From Eledone cirrhosa (lineage: Eukaryota), in NCBI GenBank assembly GCA_964016885.1, contig OZ024741.1, positions 6,820,001 to 6,884,000 on the forward strand: 64,000 nucleotides of DNA. The letters run 5' to 3'. Made by a program: the position numbers and the translations under genes. The notes below the pieces were generated by a model. The model did no database searches, was not told where the DNA came from, and was given only the letters and a program-made list of their open reading frames with translations. Of the stretch, positions 11,073 to 29,000 are shown piece by piece (within the stretch, counting starts at the first letter, position 1; each line of letters opens with the position of its first letter).

Positions 11073-14000
11073 AACATACCTCCTGGCTATATAACATACC
11101 TACTGGTTATATAACATACCTCCTAGCTATATAACATACCTCCTGGCTATATAACATACCTACTGGTTATATAACATACCTCCTAGCTATATAACATACC
11201 TTCTGGTTATATAACATACCTACTGGTTATATGACATACCTCCTAGCTATATAACATACCTCCTGGCTATATAACATACCTACTGGTTATATAACATACC
11301 TCCTAGCTATATAACATACCTTCTGGTTATATAACATAACTACTGGTTATATAACATACCTCCTAGCTATATAACATACCTCCTGGCTATATAACATACC
11401 TCCTGGCTATATAACATACCTACTGGTTATATAACATACCTACTGGTTATATAACATACCTACTGGCTATATAACATACCTACTGGCTATATAACATACC
11501 TCCTGGCTATATAACATACCTTCTGGCTATATAACATACCTCCTAGCTATATAACATACATCATGGCTATATAACATACCTCCTGGCTATATAACATACT
11601 TCCTGGCTATATCACATACCTCCTAGCTATATAACATTCCTCCTGGCTATATAACATACCTACTGGTTATATAACATACCTACTGTCTATATAACATACC
11701 TACTGGCTATATAACATACCTCCTGGCTATATAACATACTTCCTGGCTATATCACATACCTCCTAGCTATATAACATTCCTCCTGGCTATATAACATACC
11801 TACTGGTTATATAACATACCTACTGTCTATATAACATACCTACTGGCTATATAACATACCTCCTGGCTATATAACATACTTCCTGGCTATATCACATACC
11901 TCCTAGCTATATAACATTCCTCCTGGCTATATAACATACCTACTGGTTATATAACATACCTACTGGCTATATAACATACCTACTGGCTATATAAATTACC
12001 TCCTGGTTATATAACATACCTACTGGTTATATAACATTCCTACTGGTTATATAACATACCACCTAGCTATATAACATACCTCCTACCTATATAACATACC
12101 TTCTGGTTATATAACATACCTCCTGGCTATATAACATACCTACTGGTTATATAACATACCTCCTGGTTATATAACATACCTCCTAGCTATATAACATACC
12201 TTCTGGTTATATAACATGCCTCCTGGTTATATAACATACCTACTGGCTATATACCATACCTCCTGGCTATATAACATACCTACCGGCTATATAACATACC
12301 TTCTGGCTATATAACTTACCTCCTAGCTATATAACATACCTTCTGGTTATATAACATACCTCCTGGCTATATAACATACCTACTGGCTATATAACATACC
12401 TACTGGTTATATAAGATACCTACTGGCTATATAACATACCACCTGGCTATATAACATACCTCCTGGCTATATAACATACCTCCTCGCTATATAACATACC
12501 TACCGGCTATATAACATACCTTCTGGCTATATAACTTACCTCCTGGCTATATAACATACCTACTGGTTATATAACATACCTACTGGCTATATAACATATC
12601 TTCTGGCTATATAACTTACCTCCTGGCTATATAACATACCTACTGGTTATATAACATATATACTGGCTATATAACTTACCTACTGGTTATATAACATACC
12701 TACTGGCTATATAACATACCTACTGGTTATATAACATACCTACTGGCTATATAAAATACCTACTGGTTATATAACATACCTACTACCTATATAACATACC
12801 TACTGGCTATATAACATACCTACTGGCTATATAACATACCCACTGGTTATATAACATACCTTCTGGCTATATAAATTACCTCTTGGCTATATAACATACC
12901 TACTGGTTATATAACATATATACTGGCTATATAACTTACCTACTGGTTATATAACATACCTCCTAGCTATATAACATAACTTCTGGTTATATAACATACC
13001 TACTGGTTATATAACATACCTCCTAGCTATATAACATACCTCCTGGCTATATAACATACCTACTGGTTATATAACATACCTCCTAGCTATATAACATACC
13101 TCCTGGCTATATAACATACCTACTGGTTATATAACATACCTCCTAGCTATATAACATACCTTCTGGTTATATAACATACCTACTTGTTATATAACATACC
13201 TCCTAGCTATATAACATACCTCCTGGCTATATAACATACCTACTGGTTATATAACATACCTCCTAGCTATATAACATACCTTCTGGTTATATAACATACC
13301 TACTGGTTATATGACATACCTCCTAGCTATATAACATACCTCCTGGCTATATAACATACCTACTGGTTATATAACATACCTCCTAGCTATATAACATACC
13401 TTCTGGTTATATAACATACCTCCTAGCTATATAACATACCTTCTGGTTATATAACATAACTACTGGTTATATAACATACCTCCTAGCTATATAACATACC
13501 TCCTGGCTATATAACATACCTCCTGGCTATATAACATACCTACTGGTTATATAACATACCTACTGGTTATATAACATACCTACTGGCTATATAACATACC
13601 TACTGGCTATATAACATAACTCCTGGCTATATAACATACCTTCTGGCTATATAACATACCTCCTAGCTATATAACATACCTCATGGCTATATAACATACC
13701 TCCTGGCTATATAACATACTTCCTGGCTATATCACATACCTCCTAGCTATATAACATTCCTCCTGGCTATATAACATACCTACTGGTTATATAACATACC
13801 TACTGTCTATATAACATACCTACTGGCTATATAACATACCTCCTGGCTATATAACATACTTCCTGGCTATATCACATACCTCCTAGCTCTATAACATTCC
13901 TCCTGGCTATATAACATACCTACTGGTTATATAACATACCAACTGTCTATATAACATACCTACTGGCTATATAACATACCTCCTGGCTATATAACATACT

Positions 14001-17000
14001 TCCTGGCTATATCACATACCTCCTAGCTATATAACATTCCTCCTGGCTATATAACATACCTACTGGTTATATAACATACCTACTGGCTATATAACATACC
14101 TACTGGCTATATAAATTACCTCCTGGTTATATAACATACCTACTGGTTATATAACATTCCTACTGGTTATATAACATACCACCTAGCTATATAACATACC
14201 TCCTACCTATATAACATACCTTCTGGTTATATAACATACCTCCTGGCTATATAACATACCTACTGGTTATATAACATACCTCCTGGTTATATAACATATC
14301 TCCTAGCTATATAACATACCTTCTGGTTATATAACATGCCTCCTGGTTATATAACATACCTACTGGCTATATACCATACCTCCTGGCTATATAACATACC
14401 TACCGGCTATATAACATACCTTCTGGCTATATAACTTACCTCCTAGCTATATAACATACCTTCTGGTTATATAACATACCTCCTGGCTATATAACATACC
14501 TACTGGCTATATAACATACCTACTGGTTATATAAGATACCTACTGGCTATATAACATACCACCTGGCTATATAACATACCTCCTGGCTATATAACATACC
14601 TCCTCGCTATATAACATACCTACCGGCTATATCACATACCTTCTGGCTATATAACTTACCTCCTGGCTATATAACATACCTACTGGTTATATAACATACC
14701 TACTGGCTATATAACATATCTTCTGGCTATATAACTTACCTCCTGGCTATATAACATACCTACTGGTTATATAACATATATACTGGCTATATAACTTACC
14801 TACTGGTTATATAACATACCTACTGGCTATATAACATACCTACTGGTTATATAACATACCTACTGGCTATATAACATACCTACTGGTTATATAACATACC
14901 TACTACCTATATAACATACCTACTGGCTATATAACATATTACTGGCTATATAACATACCTACTGGTTATATAACATATATACTGGCTATATAACTTACCT
15001 ACTGGTTATATAACATACCTCCTAGCTATATAACATAACTTCTGGTTATATAACATACCTACTGGTTATATAACATACCTCCTAGCTATATAACACACCT
15101 CCTGGCTATATAACATACCTACTGGTTATATAACATACCTCCTAGCTATATAACATACCTCCTGGCTATATAACATACCTACTGGTTATATAACATACCT
15201 CCTAGCTATATAACATACCTTTTGGTTATATAACATACCTACTGGTTATATAACATACCTCCTAGCTATATAACATACATTCTGGTTATATAACATGCCT
15301 ACTGGTTATATAACATACCTCCTAGCTATATAACATACCTTCTGGTTATATAACATAACTACTGGTTATATAACATACCTCCTAGCTATATAACATACCT
15401 CCTGGCTATATAACATACCTCCTGGCTATATAACATACCTACTGGTTATATAACATACCTACTAGTTATATAACATACCTACTGGCTATATAACATACCT
15501 ACTGCCTATATAACATACCTCCTGGCTATATAACATACCTTCTGGCTATATAACATACCTCCTAGCTATATAACATACATCCTGGCTATATAACATACCT
15601 ACTGGTTATATAACATACCTCCTAGCTATATAACATACCTTCTGGTTATAGAACATAACTACTGGTTATATAACATACCTCCTAGCTATATAACATACCT
15701 TCTGGTTATATAACATACCTTCAGGTTATATAACATACCTCCTGGCTATATAACATACCTACTGGTTATATAACATACCTCCTGGTTATATAACATACCT
15801 CCTAGCTATATAACATACCTTCTGGTTATATAACATGCCTCCTGGTTATATAACATACATACTGGCTATATAACATACCTCCTGGCTATATAACATACCT
15901 ACTGGCTATATAACATACCTCCTGGCTATATAACATACCTACCGGCTATATAACATACCTTCTGGCTATATAACTTACCCCCTAGCTTTATAACATACCT
16001 TCTGGTTATATAACATACCTCCTGGCTATATAACATACCTCCTAGCTATATAACATACCTTCTGGTTATATAACATGCCTCCTGGTTATATAACATACCT
16101 ACTGGCTATATAACATACCTCCTGGCTATATAACATACCTACCGGCTATATAACATACCTTCTGGCTATATAACTTACTTCCTAGCTATATAACATACCT
16201 TCTGGTTATATAACATACCTCCTGGCTATATAAGATACCTACTAGCTATATAACATACCTACTGGCTATATAACATACCTCCTGGCTATATAACATACCT
16301 ACTGGTTATATAACATACCTAATGGTTATATAACATACCTACTGGCTATATAACATACCTCCTGGCTATATAACATACCTTCTGGCTATATAACATACCT
16401 CCTAGCTATATAACATACCTCCTGGCTATATAACATACCTACTGGTTATATAACATACCTCCTAGCTATATAACATACCTTCTGGTTATATAACATAACT
16501 ACTGGTTATATAACACACCTCCTAGCTATATAACATACCTTCTGGTTATATAACATACCTTCTGGTTATATAACATACCTCCAGGCTATATAACATACCT
16601 ACTGGCTATATAAATTACCTCCTGGCTATATAACATACTTCCTGGCTATATCACATACCTCCTAGCTATATAACATTCCTCCTGGGTATATAACATACCT
16701 ACTGGTTATATAACATACCTACTGGCTATATAATATAACATACCTACTGGCTATATAACATACCTACTGGTTATATAACATACCTACTGGCTATATAATA
16801 TAACATACCTACTGGCTATATAACATACCTACTGGTTATATAACATACCTACTACCTATATAACATACCTACTGGCTATATAACATACCTACTGGCTATA
16901 TAACATACCTACTGGTTATATAACATACCTTCTGGCTATATAAATTACCTCTTGGCTATATAACATACCTACTGGTTATATAACATACCTACTGGCTATA

Positions 17001-20000
17001 TAACATACCTACTGGCTATATAACATACCTCCTGGCTATATAACATACCTTCTGGCTATATAACATACCCCCTAGCTATATAACATACCTCCTGGCTATA
17101 TAACATACCTACTGGTTATATAACATACCTCCTAGCTATATAACATACTTTCTGGTTATATAACATAACTACTGGTTATATAACATACCTCCTAGCTATA
17201 TAACATACCTTCTGGTTATAAAACATACCTTTTGGTTATATAACATACCTCCTAGCTATATAACATACCTTCTGGTTATATAACATACCTACTGGTTATA
17301 TAACGTATATACTGGCTATATACCTTGCCTACTGGTTATATAACATACCTCCTAGCTATATAACATACCATCTGGTTATATAACATACCTAATGTTTATA
17401 TATCATACCCCCTAGCTATATAACATACCTCCTGGCTATATAACATACCTACTGGTTATATAACATACCTCCTAGCTATATAACATACTTTCTGGTTATA
17501 TAACATAACTACTGGTTATATAACATACCTCCTAGCTATATAACATACCTTCTGGTTATAAAACATACCTTTTGGTTATATAACATACCTCCTAGCTATA
17601 TAACATACCTTCTGGTTATATAACATACCTACTGGTTATATAACATATATACTGGCTATATACCTTGCCTACTGGTTATATAACATACCTCCTAGCTATA
17701 TAACATACCATCTGGTTATATAACATACCTAATGTTTATATATCATACCTCCTAGCTATATAACATACCTCCTGGCTATATAACATACATTCTGGCTATA
17801 TAACATACCTCCTAGCTATATAACATACCTTCTGGTTATATAACATAACTACTGTTTATATAACATACCTCCTAGCTATATAACATACATCCTGGCTATA
17901 TAAACTACCTCCTGGCTATATAACATATCTACTGGTTATATAACATACCTCCTAGTTATATAACTTACCTCCTGGCTATATAACATACCTACTGGTTATA
18001 TAACATACCTCCTAGCTATATAACATACTTTCTGGTTATATAACATACCTCCTGGCTATATAACATACCTACTGGCTATATAAATTACCCCCTGGCTATA
18101 TAACATATTTCCTGGCTATATCATATACCTCCTAGCTATATAACTTTCCTCCTGGCTATATAACATACCTACTGGTTATATAACATACCTACTGGCTATA
18201 TAACATACCTACTGTCTATATAACATACCTACTGGCTATATAACATAACTCCTGGCTATAAAACATACTTCCTTGCTATATCACATACCTCCTAGCTATA
18301 TAACATTCCTCCTGGCAATATAACATACCTACTGGTTATATAACATACCTACTGTCTATATAACATACCTACTGGCTATATAACATACCTCCTGGCTATA
18401 TAACATACTTCCTGGCTATATCACATACCTCCTAGCTATATAACATTCCTCCTGGCTATATAACATACCTACTGGTTATGTAACATACCTACTGGCTATA
18501 TAACATACCTACTGGCTATATAAAGTACCTCCTGGCTATATAACATACCTACTGGTTATATAACATACCTACTGGGTATATAACATACCACCTAGCTATA
18601 TAACATACCTCCTACCTATATAACATACCTTCTGGTTATATAACATAACTCCTGGCTATATAACACACCTACTGGTTATATAAATTACCTCCTGGCTATA
18701 TAACATACTTCCTGGCTATATCACATACCTCTTAGCTATATAACATTCCTCCTGGCTATATAACATACCTACTGGCTATATAATATACCTACTGGCTATA
18801 TAATATAACATACCTACTGGCTATATAACATACCTACTGGTTATATATCATACCTACTGGCTATATAACATACCTACTGTCTATATAACCTACCTACTGG
18901 CTATATAACATACCTCCTGGTTATATAACATACTTCCTGGTTATATCACATACCTCCTAGCTATATAACATACCTACTGTCTATATAACATACCTACTGG
19001 CTATATAACATACCTCCTGGCTATATAACATACTTCCTGGCTACATCACATACCTCCTAGCTATATAACATTCCTCCTGGCTATATAACATACCTACTGG
19101 TTATATAACGTACCTACTGGCTATATAACATACCTACTGGCTATATAAATTACCTCCTGGCTATATAACATACCTACTGGTTATATAACATTCCTACTGG
19201 TTATATAACATACCACCTAGATATATAACATACCTCCTACCTATATAACATACCTTCTGGTTATATAACATACCTCCTGGCTATATAACATACCTACTGG
19301 TTATATAACATACCTCCTGGTTATATAACATACCTCCTAGCTATATAACATATCTTCTGGTTATATAACATGCCTCCTGGTTATATAACATACCTACTGG
19401 CTATATAACATACCTCCTGGCTATATAACATACCTACTGGCTATATAACATACCTCCTGGCTATATAACTTACCTCCTAGCTATATAACATACCTTCTTG
19501 TTATATAACATACCTCCTGGCTATATAACATACCTCCTAGCTATATAACACACCTTCTGGTTATATAACATGCCTCCTGGTTATATAACATACCTACTGG
19601 CTATATAACATACCTCCTGGCTATATAACATACCTACCGGCTATATAACATACCTTCTGGCTATATACCTTACCTCCTAGCTATATAACATACCTTCTGG
19701 TTATATAACATACCTCCTGGCTATATAAGATACCTACTGGCTATATAACATACCTACTGGCTATATAACATACCTCCTGGCTATATAACATACCTACTGG
19801 TCATATAACATACCTACTAGTTATATAACATACCTACTGGCTATATAACATACCTCCTAGCTATATAACATACCTCCTAGCTATATAACATACCTTCTGG
19901 TTATATAACATAACTACTGGTTATATAACACACCTCCTAGCTATATAACATACCTTCTGGTTATATAACATACCTTCTGGTTATATAACATACCTCCAGG

Positions 20001-23000
20001 CTATATAACATACCTACTGGCTATATAAATTACCTCCTGGCTATATAACATACTTCCTGGCTATATCACATACCTCCTAGCTATATAACATTCCTCCTGG
20101 CTATATAACATACCTACTGGTTATATAACATAGCTACTGGCTATATAATATAACATACCTACTGGCTATATAACATACCTACTGGTTATATAACATACCT
20201 ACCGGCTATATAACATACCTACCGGCTATATAACATACCTACTGTCTATATAACATACCTACCGGCTATATAACAAACCTTCTGGCTATATAACTTACCT
20301 CCTGGCTATATAACATACCTACTGGTTATATAACATACCTACTGGCTATATAACATACCTTCTGGCTATATAACTTACCTCCTGGCTATATAACATACCT
20401 ACTGGTTATATAACATATATACTGGCTATATAACTTACCTACTGGTTATATAACATACCTACTGGCTATATAACATACCTACTGGTTATATAACATACCT
20501 CATAGCTATATAACATACTTTCTGGTTATATAACATAACTACTGGTTATATAACATACCTCCTAGCTATATAACATACCTTCTGGATATAAAACATACCT
20601 TCTGGTTATATAACATACCTCCTAGCTATATAACATTCCTCCTGGCTATATAACATACCTACTGGTTATATAACATACCTACTGGCTATATAACATACCT
20701 ACTGGCTATATAAATTACCTCCTGGCTATATAACATACCTACTAGTTATATAACATTCCTACTGGTTATATAACATACCACATAGCTATATAACATACCT
20801 CCTACCTATATAACATACCTTCTGGTTATATAACATACCTCCTGGCTATATAACATACCTACTGGTTATATAACATACCTACTGTCTATATAATATAACA
20901 TACCTACTGGCTATATAACATACCTACTGGTTATATAACATACCTTCTGGCTATATAACATACCTACTGTCTATATAACATACCTACTGGCTATATAACA
21001 TACCTCCTGGCTATATAACATACTTCCTGGCTATATCACATACATCCTAGCTATATAACATTCCTCCTGGCTATATAACATACCTACTGGTTATATAACA
21101 TACCTACTGTCTATATAACATACCTACTGGCTATATAACATACCTCCTGGCTATATAACATACTTCCTGGCTATATCACATACCTCCTAGCTATATAACA
21201 TTCCTCCTGGCTATATAACATACCTACTGGCTATATAAATTACCTCCTGGCTATATAACATACCTACTAGTTATATAACATTCCTACTGGTTATATAACA
21301 TACCACATAGCTATATAACATACTTCCTACCTATATAACATACCTTCTGGTTATATAACATACCTCCTGGCTATATAACATACCTACTGGTTATATAACG
21401 TACCTCCTGGTTATATAACATACCTCCTTGCTATATAACATACCTTCTGGTTATATAACATGCCTCCTGGTTATATAACATACCTACTGGCTATATAACA
21501 TACCTCCTGGCTATATAACATACCTACTGGCTATATAACTTACCTCCTGGCTATATAACATACCTACTGGCTATATAACATACCTACTGGTTATATAACA
21601 TACCTACTGGCTATATAACATACCTACTGGTTATATAACATACCTACTACCTATATAACATACCTACTGGCTATATAACATACCTACTGGCTATATAACA
21701 TACCTACTGGTTATATAACATACCTTCTGGCTATATAAATTACCTCTTGGCTATATAACATACCTACTGGTTATATAACATACCTACTGGCTATATAACA
21801 TACCTACTGGCTATATAACATACCTCCTAGCTATATAACATACCTTCTGGCTATATAACATACCCCCTAGCTATATAACATACCTCCTGGCTATATAACA
21901 TACCTACTGGTTATATAACATACCTCCTAGCTATATAACATACTTTCTGGTTATATAACATAACTACTGGTTATATAACATACCTCCTAGCTATATAACA
22001 TACCTTCTGGTTATAAAACATACCTTTTGGTTATATAACATACCTCCTAGCTATATAACATACCTTCTGGTTATATAACATACCTACTGGTTATATAACA
22101 TATATACTGGCTATATACCTTGCCTACTGGTTATATAACATACCTCCTAGCTATATAACATACCATCTGGTTATATAACATACCTAATGTTTATATATCA
22201 TACCTCCTAGCTATATAACATACCTCCTGGCTATATAACATACATTCTGGCTATATAACATACCTCCTAGCTATATAACATACCTTCTGGTTATATAACA
22301 TAACTACTGTTTATATAACATACCTCCTAGCTATATAACATACATCCTGGCTATATAAACTACCTCCTGGCTATATAACATATCTACTGGTTATATAACA
22401 TACCTCCTAGTTATATAACTTACCTCCTGGCTATATAACATACCTACTGGTTATATAACATACCTCCTAGCTATATAACATACTTTCTGGTTATATAACA
22501 TACCTCCTGGCTATATAACATACCTACTGGCTATATAAATTACCCCCTGGCTATATAACATACTTCCTGGCTATATCATATACCTCCTAGCTATATAACT
22601 TTCCTCCTGGCTATATAACATACCTACTGGTTATATAACATACCTACTGGCTATATAACATACCTACTGTCTATATAACATACCTACTGGCTATATAACA
22701 TAACTCCTGGCTATATAACATACTTCCTTGCTATATCACATACCTCCTAGCTATATAACATTCCTCCTGGCAATATAACATACCTACTGGTTATATAACA
22801 TACCTACTGTCTATATAACATACCTACTGGCTATATAACATACCTCCTGGCTATATAACATACTTCCTGGCTATATCACATACCTCCTAGCTATATAACA
22901 TTCCTCCTGGCTATATAACATACCTACTGGTTATGTAACATACCTACTGGCTATATAACATACCTACTGGCTATATAAAGTACCTCCTGGCTATATAACA

Positions 23001-26000
23001 TACCTACTGGTTATATAACATACCTACTGGGTATATAACATACCACCTAGCTATATAACATACCTCCTACCTATATAACATACCTTCTGGTTATATAACA
23101 TAACTCCTGGCTATATAACACACCTACTGGTTATATAAATTACCTCCTGGCTATATAACATACTTCCTGGCTATATCACATACCTCCTAGCTATATAACA
23201 TTCCTCCTGGCTATATAACATACCTACTGGTTATGTAACATACCTACTGGCTATATAACATACCTACTGGCTATATAAAGTACCTCCTGGCTATATAACA
23301 TACCTACTGGTTATATAACATACCTACTGGGTATATAACATACCACCTAGCTATATAACATACCTCCTACCTATATAACATACCTTCTGGTTATATAACA
23401 TTCCTCCTGGCTATATAACATACCTACTGGTTATATAACATACCTACTGGCTATATAATATAACATACCTACTGGCTATATAACATACCTACTGGTTATA
23501 TATCATACCTACTGGCTATATAACATACCTACTGTCTATATAACCTACCTACTGGCTATATAACATACCTCCTGGTTATATAACATACTTCCTGGTTATA
23601 TCACATACCTCCTAGCTATATAACATACCTACTGTCTATATAACATACCTACTGGCTATATAACATACCTCCTGGCTATATAACATACTTCCTGGCTACA
23701 TCACATACCTCCTAGCTATATAACATTCCTCCTGGCTATATAACATACCTACTGGTTATATAACGTACCTACTGGCTATATAACATACCTACTGGCTATA
23801 TAAATTACCTCCTGGCTATATAACATACCTACTGGTTATATAACATACCTCCTGGTTATATAACATACCTCCTAGCTATATAACATATCTTCTGGTTATA
23901 TAACATGCCTCCTGGTTATATAACATACCTACTGACTATATAACATACCTCCTGGCTATATAACATACCTACTGGCTATATAACATACCTCCTGGCTATA
24001 TAACTTACCTCCTAGCTATATAACATACCTTCTTGTTATATAACATACCTCCTGGCTATATAACATACCTCCTAGCTATATAACACACCTTCTGGTTATA
24101 TAACATGCCTCCTGGTTATATAACATACCTACTGGCTATATAACATACCTCCTGGCTATATAACATACCTACTGGCTATATAACATACCTCCTGGTTATA
24201 TAACATACCTACCGACTATATAACATACCTTCTGGCTATATACCTTACCTCCTAGCTATATAACATACCTTCTGGTTATATAACATACCTCCTGGCTATA
24301 TAAGATACCTACTGGCTATATAACATACCTACTGGCTATATAACATACCTCCTGGCTATATAACATACCTACTGGTCATATAACATACCTACTAGTTATA
24401 TAACATACCTACTGGCTATATAACATACCTCCTAGCTATATAACATACCTCCTAGCTATATAACATACCTTCTGGTTATATAACATAACTACTGGTTATA
24501 TAACACACCTCCTAGCTATATAACATACCTTCTGGTTATATAACATACCTTCTGGTTATATAACATACCTCCAGGCTATATAACATACCTACTGGCTATA
24601 TAAATTACCTCCTGGCTATATAACATACTTCCTGGCTATATCACATACCTCCTAGCTATATAACATTCCTCCTGGCTATATAACATACCTACTGGTTATA
24701 TAACATACCTACTGGCTATATAACATACCTACTGGCTATATAAATTACCTCCTGGTTATATAACATACCTACTGGTTATATAACATTCCTACTGGTTATA
24801 TAACATACCACCTAGCTATATAACATACCTCCTACCTATATAACATACCTTCTGGTTATATAACATACCTCCTGGCTATATAACATACCTACTGGTTATA
24901 TAACATACCTCCTGGTTATATAACATATCTCCTAGCTATATAACATACCTTCTGGTTATATAACATGCCTCCTGGTTATATAACATACCTACTGGCTATA
25001 TACCATACCTCCTGGCTATATAACATACCTACCGGCTATATAACATACCTTCTGGCTATATAACTTACCTCCTAGCTATATAACATACCTTCTGGTTATA
25101 TAACATACCTCCTGGCTATATAACATACCTACTGGCTATATAACATACCTACTGGTTATATAAGATACCTACTGGCTATATAACATACCACCTGGCTATG
25201 TAACATACCTCCTGGCTATATAACATACCTCCTCGCTATATAACATACCTACCGGCTATATCACATACCTTCTGGCTATATAACTTACCTCCTGGCTATA
25301 TAACATACCTACTGGTTATATAACATACCTACTGGCTATATAACATATCTTCTGGCTATATAACTTACCTCCTGGCTATATAACATACCTACTGGTTATA
25401 TAACATATATACTGGCTATATAACTTACCTACTGGTTATATAACATACCTACTGGCTATATAACATACCTACTGGTTATATAACATACCTACTGGCTATA
25501 TAACATACCTACTGGTTATATAACATACCTACTACCTATATAACATACCTACTGGCTATATAACATATTACTGGCTATATAACATACCTACTGGTTATAT
25601 AACATATATACTGGCTATATAACTTACCTACTGGTTATATAACATACCTCCTAGCTATATAACATAACTTCTGGTTATATAACATACCTACTGGTTATAT
25701 AACATACCTCCTAGCTATATAACACACCTCCTGGCTATATAACATACCTACTGGTTATATAACATACCTCCTAGCTATATAACATACCTCCTGGCTATAT
25801 AACATACCTACTGGTTATATAACATACCTCCTAGCTATATAACATACCTTCTGGTTATATAACATACCTACTGGTTATATAACATACCTCCTAGCTATAT
25901 AACATACATTCTGGTTATATAACATGCCTACTGGTTATATAACATACCTCCTAGCTATATAACATACCTTCTGGTTATATAACATAACTACTGGTTATAT

Positions 26001-29000
26001 AACATACCTCCTAGCTATATAACATACCTCCTGGCTATATAACATACCTCCTGGCTATATAACATACCTACTGGTTATATAACATACCTACTAGTTATAT
26101 AACATACCTACTGGCTATATAACATACCTACTGCCTATATAACATACCTCCTGGCTATATAACATACCTTCTGGCTATATAACATACCTCCTAGCTATAT
26201 AACATACATCCTGGCTATATAACATACCTACTGGTTATATAACATACCTCCTAGCTATATAACATACCTTCTGGTTATAGAACATAACTACTGGTTATAT
26301 AACATACCTCCTAGCTATATAACATACCTTCTGCTTATATAACATACCTTCTGGTTATATAACATACCTCCTGGCTATATAACATACCTACTGGTTATAT
26401 AACATACCTCCTGGTTATATAACATACCTCCTAGCTATATAACATACCTTCTGGTTATATAACATGCCTCCTGGTTATATAACATACATACTGGCTATAT
26501 AACATACCTCCTGGCTATATAACATACCTACTGGCTATATAACATACCTCCTGGCTATATAACATACCTACCGGCTATATAACATACCTTCTGGCTATAT
26601 AACTTACCCCCTAGCTTTATAACATACCTTCTGGTTATATAACATACCTCCTGGCTATATAACATACCTCCTAGCTATATAACATACCTTCTGGTTATAT
26701 AACATGCCTCCTGGTTATATAACATACCTACTGGCTATATAACATACCTCCTGGCTATATAACATACCTACCGGCTATATAACATACCATCTGGCTATAT
26801 AACTTACTTCCTAGCTATATAACATACCTTCTGGTTATATAACATACCTCCTGGCTATATAAGATACCTACTGGCTATATAACATACCTACTGGCTATAT
26901 AACATACCTCCTGGCTATATAACATACCTACTGGTTATATAACATACCTAATGGTTATATAACATACCTACTGGCTATATAACATACCTCCTGGCTATAT
27001 AACATACCTTCTGGCTATATAACATACCTCCTAGCTATATAACATACCTCCTGGCTATATAACATACCTACTGGTTATATAACATACCTCCTAGCTATAT
27101 AACATACCTTCTGGTTATATAACATAACTACTGGTTATATAACACACCTCCTAGCTATATAACATACCTTCTGGTTATATAACATACCTTCTGGTTATAT
27201 AACATACCTCCAGGCTATATAACATACCTACTGGCTATATAAATTACCTCCTGGCTATATAACATACTTCCTGGCTATATCACATACCTCCTAGCTATAT
27301 AACATTCCTCCTGGGTATATAACATACCTACTGGTTATATAACATACCTACTGGCTATATAATATAACATACCTACTGGCTATATAACATACCTACTGGT
27401 TATATAACATACCTACTGGCTATATAATATAACATACCTACTGGCTATATAACATACCTACTGGTTATATAACATACCTACTACCTATATAACATACCTA
27501 CTGGCTATATAACATACCTACTGGCTATATAACATACCTACTGGTTATATAACATACCTTCTGGCTATATAAATTACCTCTTGGCTATATAACATACCTA
27601 CTGGTTATATAACATACCTACTGGCTATATAACATACCTACTGGCTATATAACATACCTCCTGGCTATATAACATACCTTCTGGCTATATAACATACCCC
27701 CTAGCTATATAACATACCTCCTGGCTATATAACATACCTACTGGTTATATAACATACCTCCTAGCTATATAACATACTTTCTGGTTATATAACATAACTA
27801 CTGGTTATATAACATACCTCCTAGCTATATAACATACCTTCTGGTTATAAAACATACCTTTTCGTTATATAACATACCTCCTAGCTATATAACATACCTT
27901 CTGGTTATATAACATACCTACTGGTTATATAACGTATATACTGGCTATATACCTTGCCTACTGGTTATATAACATACCTCCTAGCTATATAACATACCAT
28001 CTGGTTATATAACATACCTAATGTTTATATATCATACCCCCTAGCTATATAACATACCTCCTGGCTATATAACATACCTACTGGTTATATAACATACCTC
28101 CTAGCTATATAACATACTTTCTGGTTATATAACATAACTACTGGTTATATAACATACCTCCTAGCTATATAACATACCTTCTGGTTATAAAACATACCTT
28201 TTGGTTATATAACATACCTCTTAGCTATATAACATACCTTCTGGTTATATAACATACCTACTGGTTATATAACATATATACTGGCTATATACCTTGCCTA
28301 CTGGTTATATAACATACCTCCTAGCTATATAACATACCATCTGGTTATATAACATACCTAATGTTTATATATCATACCTCCTAGCTATATAACATACCTC
28401 CTGGCTATATAACATACATTCTGGCTATATAACATACCTCCTAGCTATATAACATACCTTCTGGTTATATAACATAACTACTGTTTATATAACATACCTC
28501 CTAGCTATATAACATACATCCTGGCTATATAAACTACCTCCTGGCTATATAACATATCTACTGGTTATATAACATACCTCCTAGTTATATAACTTACCTC
28601 CTGGCTATATAACATACCTACTGGTTATATAACATACCTCCTAGCTATATAACATACTTTCTGGTTATATAACATACCTCCTGGCTATATAACATACCTA
28701 CTGGCTATATAAAATACCCCCTGGCTATATAACATACTTCCTGGCTATATCATATACCTCCTAGCTATATAACTTTCCTCCTGGCTATATAACATACCTA
28801 CTGGTTATATAACATTCCTACTGGCTATATAACATACCTACTGTCTATATAACATACCTACTGGCTATATAACATAACTCCTGGCTATAAAACATACTTC
28901 CTTGCTATATCACATACCTCCTAGCTATATAACATTCCTCCTGGCAATATAACATACCTACTGGTTATATAACATACCTACTGTCTATATAACATACCTA

